Positions 25,868 to 38,059 of a DNA stretch of 64,000 bases are shown here, in pieces. The stretch is from Lama guanicoe (lineage: Eukaryota): NCBI GenBank assembly GCA_013239625.1, contig MU053934.1, positions 11,511,003 through 11,575,002 of the forward strand, given 5' to 3'. The notes below the pieces were generated by a model that worked only from the letters and a program-made list of their open reading frames with translations, was not told where the DNA came from and did no database searches. Every line of letters begins with the position of its first letter. The stretch's first letter is position 1. A program made the position numbers and the translations under genes.

Positions 25868-26132
25868 GAGCACACACACCCCCTACACAGACACACAACA
25901 CACACACCCCCGACACAGACACACACACAGACACACATACATAGAGACACACACATCTCCCCACACACACACACCCCCCCACAGACACACACAGAGACAC
26001 ACACACACCCCACACACACACCCCACACAGACACACACACTCACCCCCACACACACAGACAACACACACCCCACACAGACACACAGACCCCCACACCCCA
26101 GACGGGCCACACACCACACACCACAGACACAA
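25868..26132. repeat. Long imperfect (CA)n-derived repeat with recurring cccacacagacacac units
   Basis: Directly visible. Confidence 0.92.
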
Positions 26133-27124
26133 AGTACCCCAAATCAGATGTTCTGAGCAGGTAAACAAGAAGGAGCGAATGAAGGCTGCAGTCACAGCGT
26201 CTCTCCCTCAAAAATGTTAGGAACTTATAGGGAAAAAAAGTTAATTTCCAAGCAATGAATTGCCTCCATTTGTTTGTTTGAAAGCAGAGATTAGGGCAGA
26301 AAGCACAGAAAGACATGATTCCAAAATCAGAGAAAGACAGGGAAGCAGAGGCGCAGGCACTCAGTCTCCTTCGTGGGCGCAGACACGACCATTTCACGTG
26401 AAAGGCAGGAAGTCCGATCCCGCAGTGCACTGAGCCTGTTCCTCCGCGGCCAAACAAAGCTTTCTCTTGTAATAAAAATGTCTTGATATTGAGCGAATAC
26501 GTTCAGGGGGACACGAATAAGGTGGGGAATGACAGGCGGCCGTCCTGCCGGAGGCTGGGCAGCATTCCGGGCACAAGTGTGTGTGTAGCTTCGCTCTCGC
26601 TACTGATGTGTTCGCACGTAGCCTTCTCCGGCGCTCCCCAGGTCACAGGTGCTTTACCCACACACAGCCCCGGGCTTCCGTGTTTGGCCTTCTACGTTTA
26701 TACGTTGACTCCATGTGAAGTCTGCACCCGCAGAAGCTTCGAGCTGGTGACCGAAATCATCAGCCCGCATCTCGGGTCGGGGCCTAGAGCCCCTTTCCTC
26801 CTGGAATAAAACGCCTGTGTGAGGGGCCCCCGAGTGCGCCTCTGGGGGTCTACTTGCGTCTCTGCTCGCATTTTTCTCTCTAAGATTTTGTTGCTTTGGG
26901 GCTTTGAAGTGCCTTTTCGAGGTCTCCCTTCCCAGCCTCCTCCAGGACCCTCCCATCCCTATGACCCAGGATTTAAATCACTGAATCACTCTTCATTACT
27001 CACTGTTTGCCCCTCAAATTTCCTTCCATGTAAACTCTTCCAAATAACCTTTGGAATCATTTTCAGTTCATTTAGTTTTTCCTTTAGCTCTTCTGTGTTC
27101 TCTGCAGGAAACACATCATCCACG

Positions 27125-27510
27125 TGCGATGGTTCATTTCGCGTGCCCACATGGCCAGCCACGGGGAGCCCGGATCCCTGGCTACACGCTGCTCTAGGTG
27201 CGTCTGGGAGGGTTTCCTGATGCGTGAGCATCGGAGGTGGTGGGCTCAGAGATGCCGGTCCCCTGGGGGGGGCTCATCGGATGCCTTGAAGGTCTCAGTA
27301 GAACAAAAAGGTGGAGTGGGTAGAACTCACTCTCTCTGCCCGACTGTGAGCAGGGACAGCGGCCTCCTCCTGCCCTTGGACTGAGACGAGCTCGCACCAC
27401 CGGGTCTCCCGGTCTGGTTCTCACCCCCACGAGCCCATCATGTGAGCCAATTCCAAATAATAAATCCCTACACACACACACAACCCCATTGGAGAACCAG
27501 GACTAACCCA
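27125..27510 (+). mobile_element. MLT2-family LTR (ERVL)
   Basis: Start tgcgatggttcattt..., tagaacaaaaaggtggagt, catgtgagccaattcc..aataaatc, end ggagaaccaggactaaccca. Confidence 0.8.
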
Positions 27511-27764
27511 ATTTGTGAACCATAAAGCGGGTTATTATTAATTTATTTAAATCCAATAGAATCTGGTCCTAAACAAGAAAGCGTAACCGCAATGTCGGGG
27601 AAAGGGGGGACTGTGGAAGAAGAGCCTCAGTGAACGTGCGTCGGGTGCTCACACGGCCCCTGACTTACTGCCGGTTCACGTCCATTGTGTGTACAGTTCG
27701 GCATCTTAATGTTTTTCTAGGATAAAAGTGTTTCTTTTCCCTTTAGGAAGCGATCTATTTCTTT

Positions 27765-28046
27765 TCTCTTAATTATTTTTTGAATTTTTTTACTGGGGTA
27801 TAGTCAGTTTACAACTTTGTGTCAGTTTCTGGTGCACAGCACAGTTTTTCAGTCATACATGAACACACATATATTCTTTTTCATATTCCTTTTCATCATG
27901 AGCTCCTACAGGATAGTGAATACGTTTCCCTGTGCTGTACAGTGTAATCTTGTTTATCTGTTTTATACATGCCAGTCAGTATCTGCAAACGTATCTGGAA
28001 AATGGAGACGTTGCAACCAATACCACAGAAATACAAAATATCACAC
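27765..28046 (-). mobile_element. Short L1 with 5' inversion: 3' end on - strand (27765-27990) plus inverted ORF2 piece on + strand (~27995-28046)
   Basis: 20-bp TSD aggaagcga(t/c)ctatttcttt at 27745-27764 and 28047-28066; inverted piece translates NGDVATNTTEIQNI (L1 ORF2p GDITTDxTEIQxII-type motif). Confidence 0.9.
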
Positions 28047-28594
28047 AGGAAGCGACCTATTTCTTTAAGGGAAAGTGTGCATCTCTGCAGGAGGGCACAT
28101 TCTCTGAGGCCACCAGTGTCCGGCAAGGACCATGCAAGAGGCTCAGCCCCGGAGCGGGTTCACCCGGGGGGGCTCGGCACCCAGACCCACACCGGCGCAG
28201 CCATCCCTGGGCGCAGGCAGCCCCCGGGGTTCCAGGAGCCTTCATGTAAAACACCTGTGCTCAAAGCTGCGCAGGGACCACCAGGGGTGGGGCGGGGGCG
28301 GGGCGGGCCCCTCCGCCTCCACGTTTGACCCCCGCTGACTTTCCACGTTTCTTCAAAGCCTGTTTCACTTGCGCAAGGGGAGCTCTGAGCAGATCTGGTC
28401 CTGAGGCCAGCTAGCCTCTGTGTGGGGCTTGTGTGGGCAGCCGTTCCCCCGAGGACTGAGGACAGACACCGCAGGTGACCGCCAGAAGTGACCGATGCTG
28501 TAACCTACGAAAACAGAACACAGTGGGAAGTACTGGAATCATGAGGAAGTGACGGTTTTCACCGCTGCCTTTCGAGTTTCTCTTATGAGGGTGC

Positions 28595-29365
28595 AACAGG
28601 AAATAGGTGTGTAGTCGTTCTAAGTGCATCACGCAGGGGTGTGAGGTGCATTCGTGTTGTTGTGCAGCCGTCACCACCGTCCAGAGCACGCTCACCTCCC
28701 CAGACCGAGAACCTCTGCTTCCTGTCTGTAAGGACTTGACTCCTCCGGGACCTCCTGTAAGTGGGACCGCAGGCTGTGTCCTCTGGCGACCGCCTGCGTC
28801 CCTGAGCGTGACGTCCTCAGGGCTCACCGCCGACGCAGCGCATGTCAGAGGCTCCCTCCTTTTCAAGGCTGAGCGACAGCCCCTTGGACAAGAGACCTCA
28901 CTCGCCCATTCACGCATCTGCTGACGGACACCTGGTCGAGCCCACCTTCCGACTGTTGTGCACGTGCTGCTACGAACACGGGAGCCTTTCTGAGCCCCGG
29001 CTCGAGCTCTTCGCGTGTGTGCCTCGGACGGGGCCCGCTGGGCCACGTGGTAAGTCTGCTCACCACTTTGAGGAGCTGCTAAACCTCCGTGGGTTCACCA
29101 GGTCACATCCCCGCCGGCCGAGTGTGGCCGCCGCGACCTCTCGCCGACACGCGTCGCCGCCGTCCTTGCAGGCCGGAGACAGCGGTCCACTGGGACCGAG
29201 ACTCGCGTTTCCCTGGCGGCTGACGACGCCGAGCGCCTCTTCCCGTGACTGCCGGCCAGCCGAGCGCCTTCCTTGGAGAGACTTCTGTTCCCGCCTTTTG
29301 CTCGTTTGTGAATCGAGTGGCTTTGCTGCTGTTGAGTTACAGGAGCTCTTTGTATGTTCCACCAC
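28595..29365 (-). mobile_element. Old L1M (L1MB-like) 3' region, strongly GC-shifted
   Basis: gtgcattcgtgttgttgtgcagccgtcaccaccgtcc..., ccttttcaaggctgag, tgctgttgagttacaggagctctttgtatgttc follow the L1M antisense 3' layout. Confidence 0.8.
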
Positions 29366-30199
29366 CTTTGCTGTTCATATCATTTTAAGTTGTAAGTTAA
29401 TAAAACTGAATGCTTAGACCGTCTGTGCTCAGCCAACAGCCCACAGGCTTCCTGGAAACTGCAGTCTGCCCGCAGGCACTGCCCTGAGCAGGTCCGGCGC
29501 TCGCCGCTCAGCCTTCCCGGCGTTGTCAGGACCAAAGGAGAGCCTGCCTGTGGCGGGGTTTCCGAAAACCCTGAAGTGTCCCCCGATCTAAGGAAACACA
29601 ACCACTACAGTTTACGACTGTTCTCATGACTCAGCACACAAGCCCCAGGACCTCTCTCGTGTGGACGCGCCTTTCCTGTGAGCGGAGCTGTGCTGGCGCG
29701 GAGGCCGGAGCGGAGCGCTGCCATGTGCGCCGACGTCCTCCCGGCCGCCGTCCCCGGGACGCTGATAAGTGAGAAAGGCGATCAGGCTTTCCTCCCACAG
29801 CCTCTGAAGACTCGCAGAGCATTTCAGAGCCTTGGAAAGCACTTAGCCGATAAAAAACCCTCTAATGAATGAAAGGCAGGCTCTCCGAGCCACAGAGCCC
29901 ACGCAGACAGTGACAGGTGCGAGTCCCGGCGACCCCGAGCGCAGGGCGCTGCCCCGGCCCGGCCCCCAGGGTCCCGCGCCCAGCATCCCTGCCGCCAGGC
30001 CACCTCCACGGGGCTGCCGTTCTTCATGCTTCTTGCCTTCTGACCTTGCTCTGAGTACGAGAGCCCAGACTGGACAGGAATTCAGGGCAAAACAGCCGTC
30101 TGCTGGAAACCTTGCAAGAGGAAGCCACCCCGATGCCTGCTGCTGAGGGCGACTCCAGTCCCCACTGTCCCATTTTACCTGCAATTGTCTTCTTCCTTT

Positions 30200-30278
30200 T
30201 TCATCCTCCCTCCCTCCCTCCTTCCTTCTTTCCTTCCTCCTTCCCTCCTGCCTTCCTGCCTTCCTCTCTTTTCTTTCC
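30200..30278. repeat. Polypyrimidine (CCTT/CCCT)n tract
   Basis: Directly visible. Confidence 0.8.
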
Positions 30279-30852
30279 AGTGCCTCTCAGTTGCAAAGAA
30301 CAGGACCCATGACTTGTCAATAATCTAAGAAGGGTGCATGGACCCACCACCCAAGTGGCCGCCAGGACCTTGGTCATGACCTGCATCTGAAAGCATGGTC
30401 CATCCCCCTCCCCCAGGGCGTCTCCGTGCACCGAGGCGAAGGGCTTCCCGGGTCTGTTCACCCCCCCTCTTCCCTTGTGCGGGTTTTAGTACATTTACCT
30501 GCATTCCTGACCATGCGTGTGTGCTACACTGCTGGTTCGTGTTGCTCCTCACATCATAGAAGAGACACGCAGCACCGATCTAGCGTCTCACTTAGATCAG
30601 GTTGCGGGTGTGCACCCATCACCCTGAATCACCACAGTTCCTTTGCTTTGACTGCTGAGCTCCCCTGTCTCAGAGGCCCTCACCTGACTGCCCTGGGCTA
30701 GCCCTGCTGCCTCCTGTTCCTGTAAGCGAAGTTCTCCTGGAACACAAGCATGCCGAGTCCCTTACGTATCGTCCACAGCCACCTCAGTGCTCCTGTGGCA
30801 GAGCTGAGTGTCTGTAACAGATTCCTGTGGCCTGCAAAGCCTGAAACATTTT

Positions 30853-31497
30853 CTTTTCTTAAAATGTATTTTTTTAGCAACTTTATTGAGGTATGACTGA
30901 CCTGGAAAAAGCTGTACGTATTTAATTTATAGAGTCCAGTGAGTTTTGGGAAAAGTGTACATCCATGAAACCATCACCAACATCAAGACAGTGGACATTC
31001 CATCATCTCCCAAAGTTTCCTCCCCCCATCATCACCACATCATCATCACTGTTTGTGTGGTGAGAATACTTAACACAAGCTCTACCCTCTTAGCAAATGC
31101 CAAGTATACAGAACAATATTGTGAGCTACAGGTGTTGCATTGTGTGGTGGATCCTGTAGTTTATTTATCTTGTACAACTGAAACTCTGTACCCTTTGACC
31201 GTCACCAACCACTCCCCTTCCCTGGCAAGCAATATTCTACTCTCTGCTGCTATGAGCTTGACTGTTTTGGCTTCCACATACAAATGAGATTATGCAGTAT
31301 CTGTCTTTCTTGCCTGACTTACTTCCCTTAGTATAATGTTCTCCAGCTTCATCCACTAGCCACAAAATGGCAGAAGTCCTTTTTCAATAAAGGCAGAGTA
31401 ATATTCCATTGTGTGTATATACCACATTTTCTTTATCCGTTACTCCATCAATGGTCATTTAGATTATTTCCATAACTCGGATACTGTGAATAATGCT
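30853..31497 (-). mobile_element. L1M (L1MA/MB-like) 3' end
   Basis: ttttttagcaactttattgaggtatgactga...tccacatacaaatgagattatgcagtat...ataccacattttctttatcc. Confidence 0.9.
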
Positions 31498-31539
31498 TTT
31501 TTAAATTTTGCATTAATTATTAATTTTGTTGTTATTATT

Positions 31540-33238
31540 TTAGTACTTTGAATATTTCATTGCACTCTCTCCTGTCCTGCAAGGTTTCTGCTGAGAAATA
31601 CACTGATAGTCTTATGGGGGTGACCTTGTATGTGACCAGCCACTTTTCTCTTCTTGCTTTCAAAATGGTCTCTGTGTTTGACTTTGGGCAATGTGCGTAT
31701 GACGTGTCTCAGTAAAAACCTCTCCATCTTTGATCTATTTGGAGTTCTTTGGGCTTCATGGATCAGGATGTTCATTGTTCTCCCTAAATTTGGAGAGTTT
31801 TCTGTCATTATTTCTTTAAACGACTTTCGGCCCCTTTCTCTTTCTCTGTGCCTTCTGGGGCTCCCATATACTTACGTTGATTCCTTGATGCTATCTCGTA
31901 AGTCCTACAGGCTTTCTTCACTCTTTTTAATTCTTTCTCCTTTTTGTTCCCCTGGCTACATAATTTCAAATGCTCTGATTTCAAGTTCACTGATTCTCTT
32001 TTCTGCTTGATCAAGTCTGGTGCGGAAGCTCTCTGTTGCATGTTTTTAGTTCAGTCATATTCCTCAGCTTCAGAAATTGGTTCTTTATTATGGTTACTCT
32101 CCCTTCCTTGAACGTCTCATTTTGTTCTTGGATTGTTTTCTTAATTTGATTCTCTGTCTGATTCTCCCGTAGCTCACTGAGCTGCTCTGAGATGGCTCTG
32201 GTGACATCTTTGTCAGGCAATTTGTGTGGCCCCATTTCTTTGGGGTCAGCCATAGGAACTTGATCTGTTTCTTTTTAGTGTCATGTTTTCTCAATTTTTC
32301 TTGTGTTCCTTGAAGGCTTGTGTTGCTGCCAGCACATTGAAGAAACAATTATCTCTTCCAGTCTTTGCTAATTGGGTTTGGGAGAGAAAAACCAGTCAGT
32401 CTGGCTAGAAATTCTGAGGGTCTCTCAGAAATTTTTTATGGATGCACCCGCTTCACTCTGCTCATTCCCTGTTCAAAAGGAAGTCTTAGGGCTGTTTTCC
32501 TTCTCTGGGCCTCACAAGCCGGGTAAAGCACTGAGAGCCTCTCGTCCACCTTCCCGGGGGACGTGCCCTGGGCATCGAGTTGTGCACGTTCTCCCAGTGC
32601 AGCGCAGTCAAGCCGGCTGCTGGTGTCCGTGTGTGGTGTGCAAAGGCTTGTGCATGCTGTTGTGAGGGGGGCGGTCAGGGCACCGGCTCTGGGGCGCACG
32701 TGGGGTTCTGCAGTCACAGGCAGCTGGCTGTGGGGGTCTGCAGGTGAGGCGTCAGATGGAGTCTGTGGCAGGGCTTGGTGGGGTCTGACACCAGTTAGCA
32801 GAGTCCACAGCTGACAGATCTGCGCGCCGGCTGCTGTGGCCCTCCGACCCTTTCCCTGCTGCCCTCTGTCCCCAGGCTGGTCATCTGTGCCGGCTGCCCG
32901 GCGTTGCGGGCAGGGTGAAGCAGACGGGGGCCTGCTGGGCAGCAGCTCACAAGGGTGGGGAGCCAGGTGCTTGCTTTGCTCTCACTTTCCCTCGTGAGAG
33001 AAGCCGTGGCTCGAGGGCGCCCCTCTCGGGGGCGACGTGGATGAAGCGAGCCAGTCTTCGCGCTCTTTTCAGCACATCCATTATTAGACTGTTCTGCTCT
33101 CTGGCGCGCTGGGACCTCTCAGCTACACTCCTGTGTCCCACGGAAGCATTCTTGTCCATCGGTGGTTGTGACCCCAGTGTTTCTGTGGGGGTCTGAGAGC
33201 TGGAAGCGCCTACTTCTCCGTCTTGCTGACTTCGCCCT
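31540..33238 (-). mobile_element. L1M 5'UTR plus N-terminal/central ORF1 remnant (pseudogenised)
   Basis: ORF 31557-31808 ENSPNL...IHEAQRTPNR...RHVIRTLPKV is ORF1p RRM-like; 31808-32253 gives coiled-coil-like pieces; 5' end reads gtcagcaagacggag on - strand. Confidence 0.88.
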
Positions 33239-33292
33239 AAAGCCTGAACTGTTTCCAACCTGATTCTTACAGGAAAAGTCTGCAGATGCCTG

Positions 33293-33575
33293 CACGGCTG
33301 CTTCTAAGCTTCGCTGCCGTGAAGAACATGTGGACGCTCCTGTATGTGTGTCCTGGCCCATGTTCAGGGGTCTCCTTTGGGTGAATCCCTAGAAATGCAA
33401 TTGCCAGTCACGTGGCAGGGATGCTCAATGCGGGGGAAAGACACATGAGTGTCTCCAGTGTTTTGCACCAGTTTATGTTCCTGCTAATAAAGTAGGGCCC
33501 CTGGGAACTCACGTCCTCTCCAACAACGCTTACTGTTAGTTATTTTATTTTATTACCGATTAAATAGATGTAAAC
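33293..33575 (-). mobile_element. Degenerate L1ME-like fragment, probable continuation of ~30430-30670
   Basis: ccctagaaatgcaattgccagtc, ttgcaccagtttatgttcc, cctctccaaca match the old L1 antisense layout. Confidence 0.55.
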
Positions 33576-34534
33576 ATACTTCATTGGCAAACCTTCCAAC
33601 AGGGGGCCGATGCCATCGGTCTCCGGTAAACGCAGTCTCTTCCAGGAAGCAGAATCAGTGTCTGTCAACTCCTGCTCTTCTGGTACTGTGGCCCCGAGGC
33701 AGGGTTCTGATGGGGTAACTGCGAGGCTTGGTGAGGGCGCAGGGACGCTTGCTGCAGAGAAGCCGCACAGGAAGCAGGCACCTTCACGCCAGGTTCGGGA
33801 GCATCAGGTCAGCCTCCCGCGACTTGGAGATTTTCTTGAAAGTGGCCCTGACGATTTGAAAGGGTGTGTTTGTTGCTGGGCACATCTCTGCTTGTGCCCT
33901 TTCTGCTCAGGAGGGAAGGGCACTGAGACTTCAGACTCTGCACGCTGATACCACTTGGGATCTGCAGGGGCCCTAAGCTGCTGTCCAGCCACAAACTGGG
34001 GGCATTGGGGCCCTGCTGCAGTCCAGCCCTAGGGAAGACAGGGGTAGGCTGGCCTCGGGCCCCACAGCACACCCCTCCGTGATGTGGTCACCACACAGTG
34101 ACCTGGCCGTGGATGGGCTCATCACGCCTGGACCGAGAGGCCACACGTCCTAGCCCTGCCCCGGCCAGGCCGGTCCCCAGGGCGGCCTCCCATCTGAGCG
34201 ACTGTGTTAACTGAGTGACTGAGTGACTGAGAAGGAGCTGGGGGTGGGGCAGCTGGTTCTGAGGAGGGCGACCAGCATGGTGAAAGGGCCAGGTCACCAT
34301 GCTGGCTGGGTGTCACACGCTGGACGAGGGTCTCAGGTAGAGACCGTCGCCGTGAACATCAGGAGAAGCGCTGAGCAGAGGACCTGCTGTGCTGGCCGTG
34401 GTCCTGACGGGGGAGACGCGGCCACCGGGGGTGTGCTCTGCGGGGCGCTGGGTGCCTGCCCCCTCTGCGCTGTGACCGCTCCCTCTTGTGGTCCCCACCA
34501 GCACAGTCATTGTCGTTCTTTCAGCCAGGGGACA

Positions 34535-35058
34535 CCAAGGGTAAGTGGTGTCACCCTGACCAGGTCGTGGCGGGTGGTGAGATACTTGGTTAGACGTGGC
34601 TCAGGGTGTGTCTGTGAGGGCGCTTCTGGGTGAGGTCAGCGTGCGTCGGGACGGAATAACGCAGGTCACCCTCCCCAGTGCGGGGAGGGGCGGCGCTCAG
34701 CCAGTCACTGCGGCCTGAATGGAGGGGGAAAGGAGCAAAGGAGAAACCGCTCTCTTGCTGCCTCACTGTTGAGCTGGGGCATTAGTCTTCTGCCCTCAGA
34801 TTGCGACGTACACCACGGGGTCGCCTGGGTCCCTTTGGACCAGACCAGAACTGAACCACCAGATCTCCCGGGTCTCCAGACGGCAGACGGCAGATCACGG
34901 GACCCCTCAGCCTGTGCGATCGCTGAGCCAGCTCCTCACAGTGACTCTCTTTATATGTCTCCACCCACCCAACCACCCATCCATCCATCCATCTATCTAT
35001 CTATCTATCTATCTATCTCTCACTGGCTCCGTTTCTCCAGAGAACCCTGACTGATTCA
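34535..35058 (+). mobile_element. MLT2-family LTR with internal (CCAT)n/(CTAT)n repeat
   Basis: gatacttggttagac...gggtgtgtctgtgaggg, ttgagctggggcattagtcttctgccctcag, end ctggctccgtttctccagagaaccctgactgattca. Confidence 0.82.
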
Positions 35059-36639
35059 GTGAATGAACCTCCTTTGGATAAAGCTCCTGAGCAGAGTGGG
35101 CGCTCGGGAAGACATGGCCGGGGCCCAGGGTCTGTTCCAGCCCCAGCCCTCCACGGACCAGGGCAGGCTGGGGGCTGGCACCGGGCTGGTCTCTCCTCTC
35201 GGCCTCCACGCCATTTTCCCACACTGATCTGGACTCCAGTGACCTCCAGTTCCCCTCCTGTTTCACTCACAAATGTGGCTCCCACGTGAGCCCTGGGTCC
35301 TTGCAAACTCAGGAGGTCTCCTGGGAAAAGCTGTCGGAAAGAGGCACCAACTCTTGAGAGCGTCCCCGAAGTCCTGAGCCCCTGGGAACCCCAGTCAGAG
35401 CAGCCTGTTAAGCAAACAATAGCAGAGGGTTAATAAAAGCGGCAAAGGAAGGGCCCTCCCCTGGGTAACTGCCTCCACCTCCAGGGCAGGATCAGCAGAG
35501 CCTCAGCGTGTCCTCCGGGGAGCGCGTCCTTCCCAGAGACCCCGGCGTGACCCCCGGGGCCCGGGAGGGAGGGCTTTGAGTGATGGTGCTGAAGCACTGC
35601 AACGTCTCCCGCGCCCTTCGAGGCGGGCAGGCATCGTCTGGCAGGCAGAGCCCTGCTCCCAGGTGGCAGGGACGCGTGTGCGTGTGCAGGCGCGAGTGCG
35701 GGCCAGGCGCGTGGAGGCTGTGCTGGCACTGTTACTGGGTCTCCCCGAGGCTTCTCTCATCGAACTACTCAGAGGGAGACAGAGCAGCAGACGCCCTCGT
35801 GCAGGTGAGAAAGAGGCTCGCGGGAGCAGCCGGCCTCGTGTCCCAGCTGCGGCGGGAGCTTCTGGACAGAAGCCAGGGCTGAGGAGGGCTGTGACGGCCG
35901 TTTCTGCCCCCGGCCCTCTGCCTGGGGTTTTGCCAAACCCCGGGAGCCACGCTGATTGTTCTGGGACTTCCTCCCTCTGTGTATTTCCGTGTGAAGGTGC
36001 GCATTGGGCCCAGTGCCTTCTGTAACGTGGGGGTGACCCCCTGTGAGGGGCGACAAGGGTGGGCAGGGAGTGAAATCGGCCTGCGGCGGAGCTGCCAGGT
36101 GGCCGAGGGAGAAGGAGGGAGACCCACGCAGCATCCAGTTGTGTTAATGCCTCTCTGCTGTGGATCCTACATCCCAGACTTGGAGAAAAGCCCTAATTCC
36201 TGTACCACTAATGGCTGAAATGACAAGTCGAAGCGGGTAGAAGCTGCTGACGGTAAGAATTTCACTTCCAGAAGCCTCCGTGTGGGGGGCGCCGGGCACT
36301 GGGCATGTCCGGGCAGGGCGCTCCGTCCCAGCCCATCAGTCATTAACGGTGCAGGGCGATACCACTGCGCACCTGTGACCACGGGGCTCCCGCCACCTCG
36401 GCTCTCCTCCGGGGACCCCCGCGACGCCGGAGGGGCTTCATTCCCCAGGTTCCCAGGGGGCGATGTCTGCAGTTCCTTCTCCCGAATCCAGCGTGGCCTC
36501 CTGCTAATGGAAGAGACACCACTGAAATCAATTAGGGGCTGGCGCTTCCGGACGCCCTCGGAGGTGGCGCCTGCCATCTGTGTTCGCTTCTTCCCGAGCG
36601 CCTCCGGTGTGGCAGCTGGAGTGACAGTCGTCCTGCGCG

Positions 36640-36810
36640 CTCTGCAGATATAATTGTATAGAGAATGCATTTAACGCTTCAGTGGGCAACTTGGTATAAC
36701 AGTTTAATTTTTCACTGAAATCTAAATTTGCTCCCAGACTGTATACTTTTCTATCACATTAGATAATCAATCTGAGCAGAAATCCAATTTTAACTCAATC
36801 AACACTCCTT
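36640..36810. promoter_or_regulatory. AT-rich unique island, candidate conserved element
   Basis: ataattgtat, tttaatt, cattagataatcaatc; no repeat similarity recognised. Confidence 0.35.
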
Positions 36811-38059
36811 TGGCAAAGGTTCCACAAATGAGCGGCCCCCTCCCCGAGGTGGCCGGAGGCTGGGGCCCCGGCAGAGGCGGGGGCTGCGTGCTGTCCAAGG
36901 TGCTGAGAGTCCGAGCTGCTTCCCGCTCCCGACTGCAAGGCCAGTCTGCAGAGAAGGGGCTGGACAGGCGGGGCCTCGGCGTCTCCCTGGGTCATTCTTT
37001 TATTCTAGTCTCTTCCACAGAAAGCACTAGAACGGCACTGGAGGCTGTTAGACCCCCTGTGCACAGGAGCCCCTGGAAGACCCTGGAAGGCCCTGCCCAC
37101 TTTCCACTCGTGGGGAGGGTGTGTCCCCAGAGGGGCCGGGAGATGCCCAGTCTCGGCCCCAAGTCTCCCAGGCGGAGCTGGTGGCGGGCTGGACGCATCC
37201 CTCGGGTCTTCCTTCCTTTCTTCCCTGCAGGGAGGGAGCGTTTCCTCGGTGGCTGCAGGGCTGTAGTTCAGGGGTGGGTGGCAGCGCCTGGGGGGAAGGG
37301 GTGGCCCCTCGTCATCTGACACCGAGTCGGTGTCCCTGTGTGGGCTCTGTAACTACCACACCAAGAAATAATTAACGGCAAAGAAACACGCCAGGCGTCA
37401 AAGGCAATTTTTCTTCCATAAACAGGAAAGTCTTGCTAATTAGGCCAAATGAGAGGGAGTCTGCTGAAGTTTATGAAAATCTGTTATTTTTTGAGTTACT
37501 GGAAAGCACCCTGGCTTCACGATGCGCAGATCTGAGCAGAGCCAGTGAGTCCCGGGGGCCCTGCCGGCGGTCCTGAGCCGGGGAGCGGGCTCTGTGACTC
37601 CGGGGAGGAGGCTCTGTGGGCAGCCTCGTGCCCGCACCTGCTGTCCATCTTCAGACGACGTGGGCTGTGGGTCTCTTGGCCCCGGGGCCAATGTGCTCAG
37701 GTCACAGCAGGTCAAAGGCGCACCTGTGTCTGAACAAGCTTTCCTAGTGCCAGCTTCCCTCTGTGCAAGCGTCTAGAACAGGTCTTCCCCGCCAGACGCA
37801 CAGGTCAGCAGGTGTCCCGGCTCGCGGTCCACTGTGGCACCATCACCACCCATCGCCCCGCCCTCGGGTGGCCTCAGAGCTCTTGTCTGAGGTTTGCGTC
37901 CTCAGAGCAGACTGGATTCTGCAGTGATGGAGGAGGGATTGCGGGGCCCGGCCCATCCCTGTCATCCGGGGACTCGCGGGCTGAGCCTGGACCCCCGGGG
38001 TGGATGGAGCTGCACCGGGTTGTGCCGTGGGGGTGGTGCCCGCAGGTGTGAAGCGGGAC

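Larger units (their letters stand above)
30670..33292 (+). mobile_element. MER58A-like hAT-Charlie MITE split into ~30670-30852 and ~33239-33292 by an L1 insertion
   Basis: Left part ...gttctcctggaacacaagcatgcc...ggcagagctgagt...tggcctgcaaagcctgaaacattt; right part aaagcctgaactgttt...cttacaggaaaagtctgcagatgcctg supplies the missing terminal inverted repeat. Confidence 0.75.
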
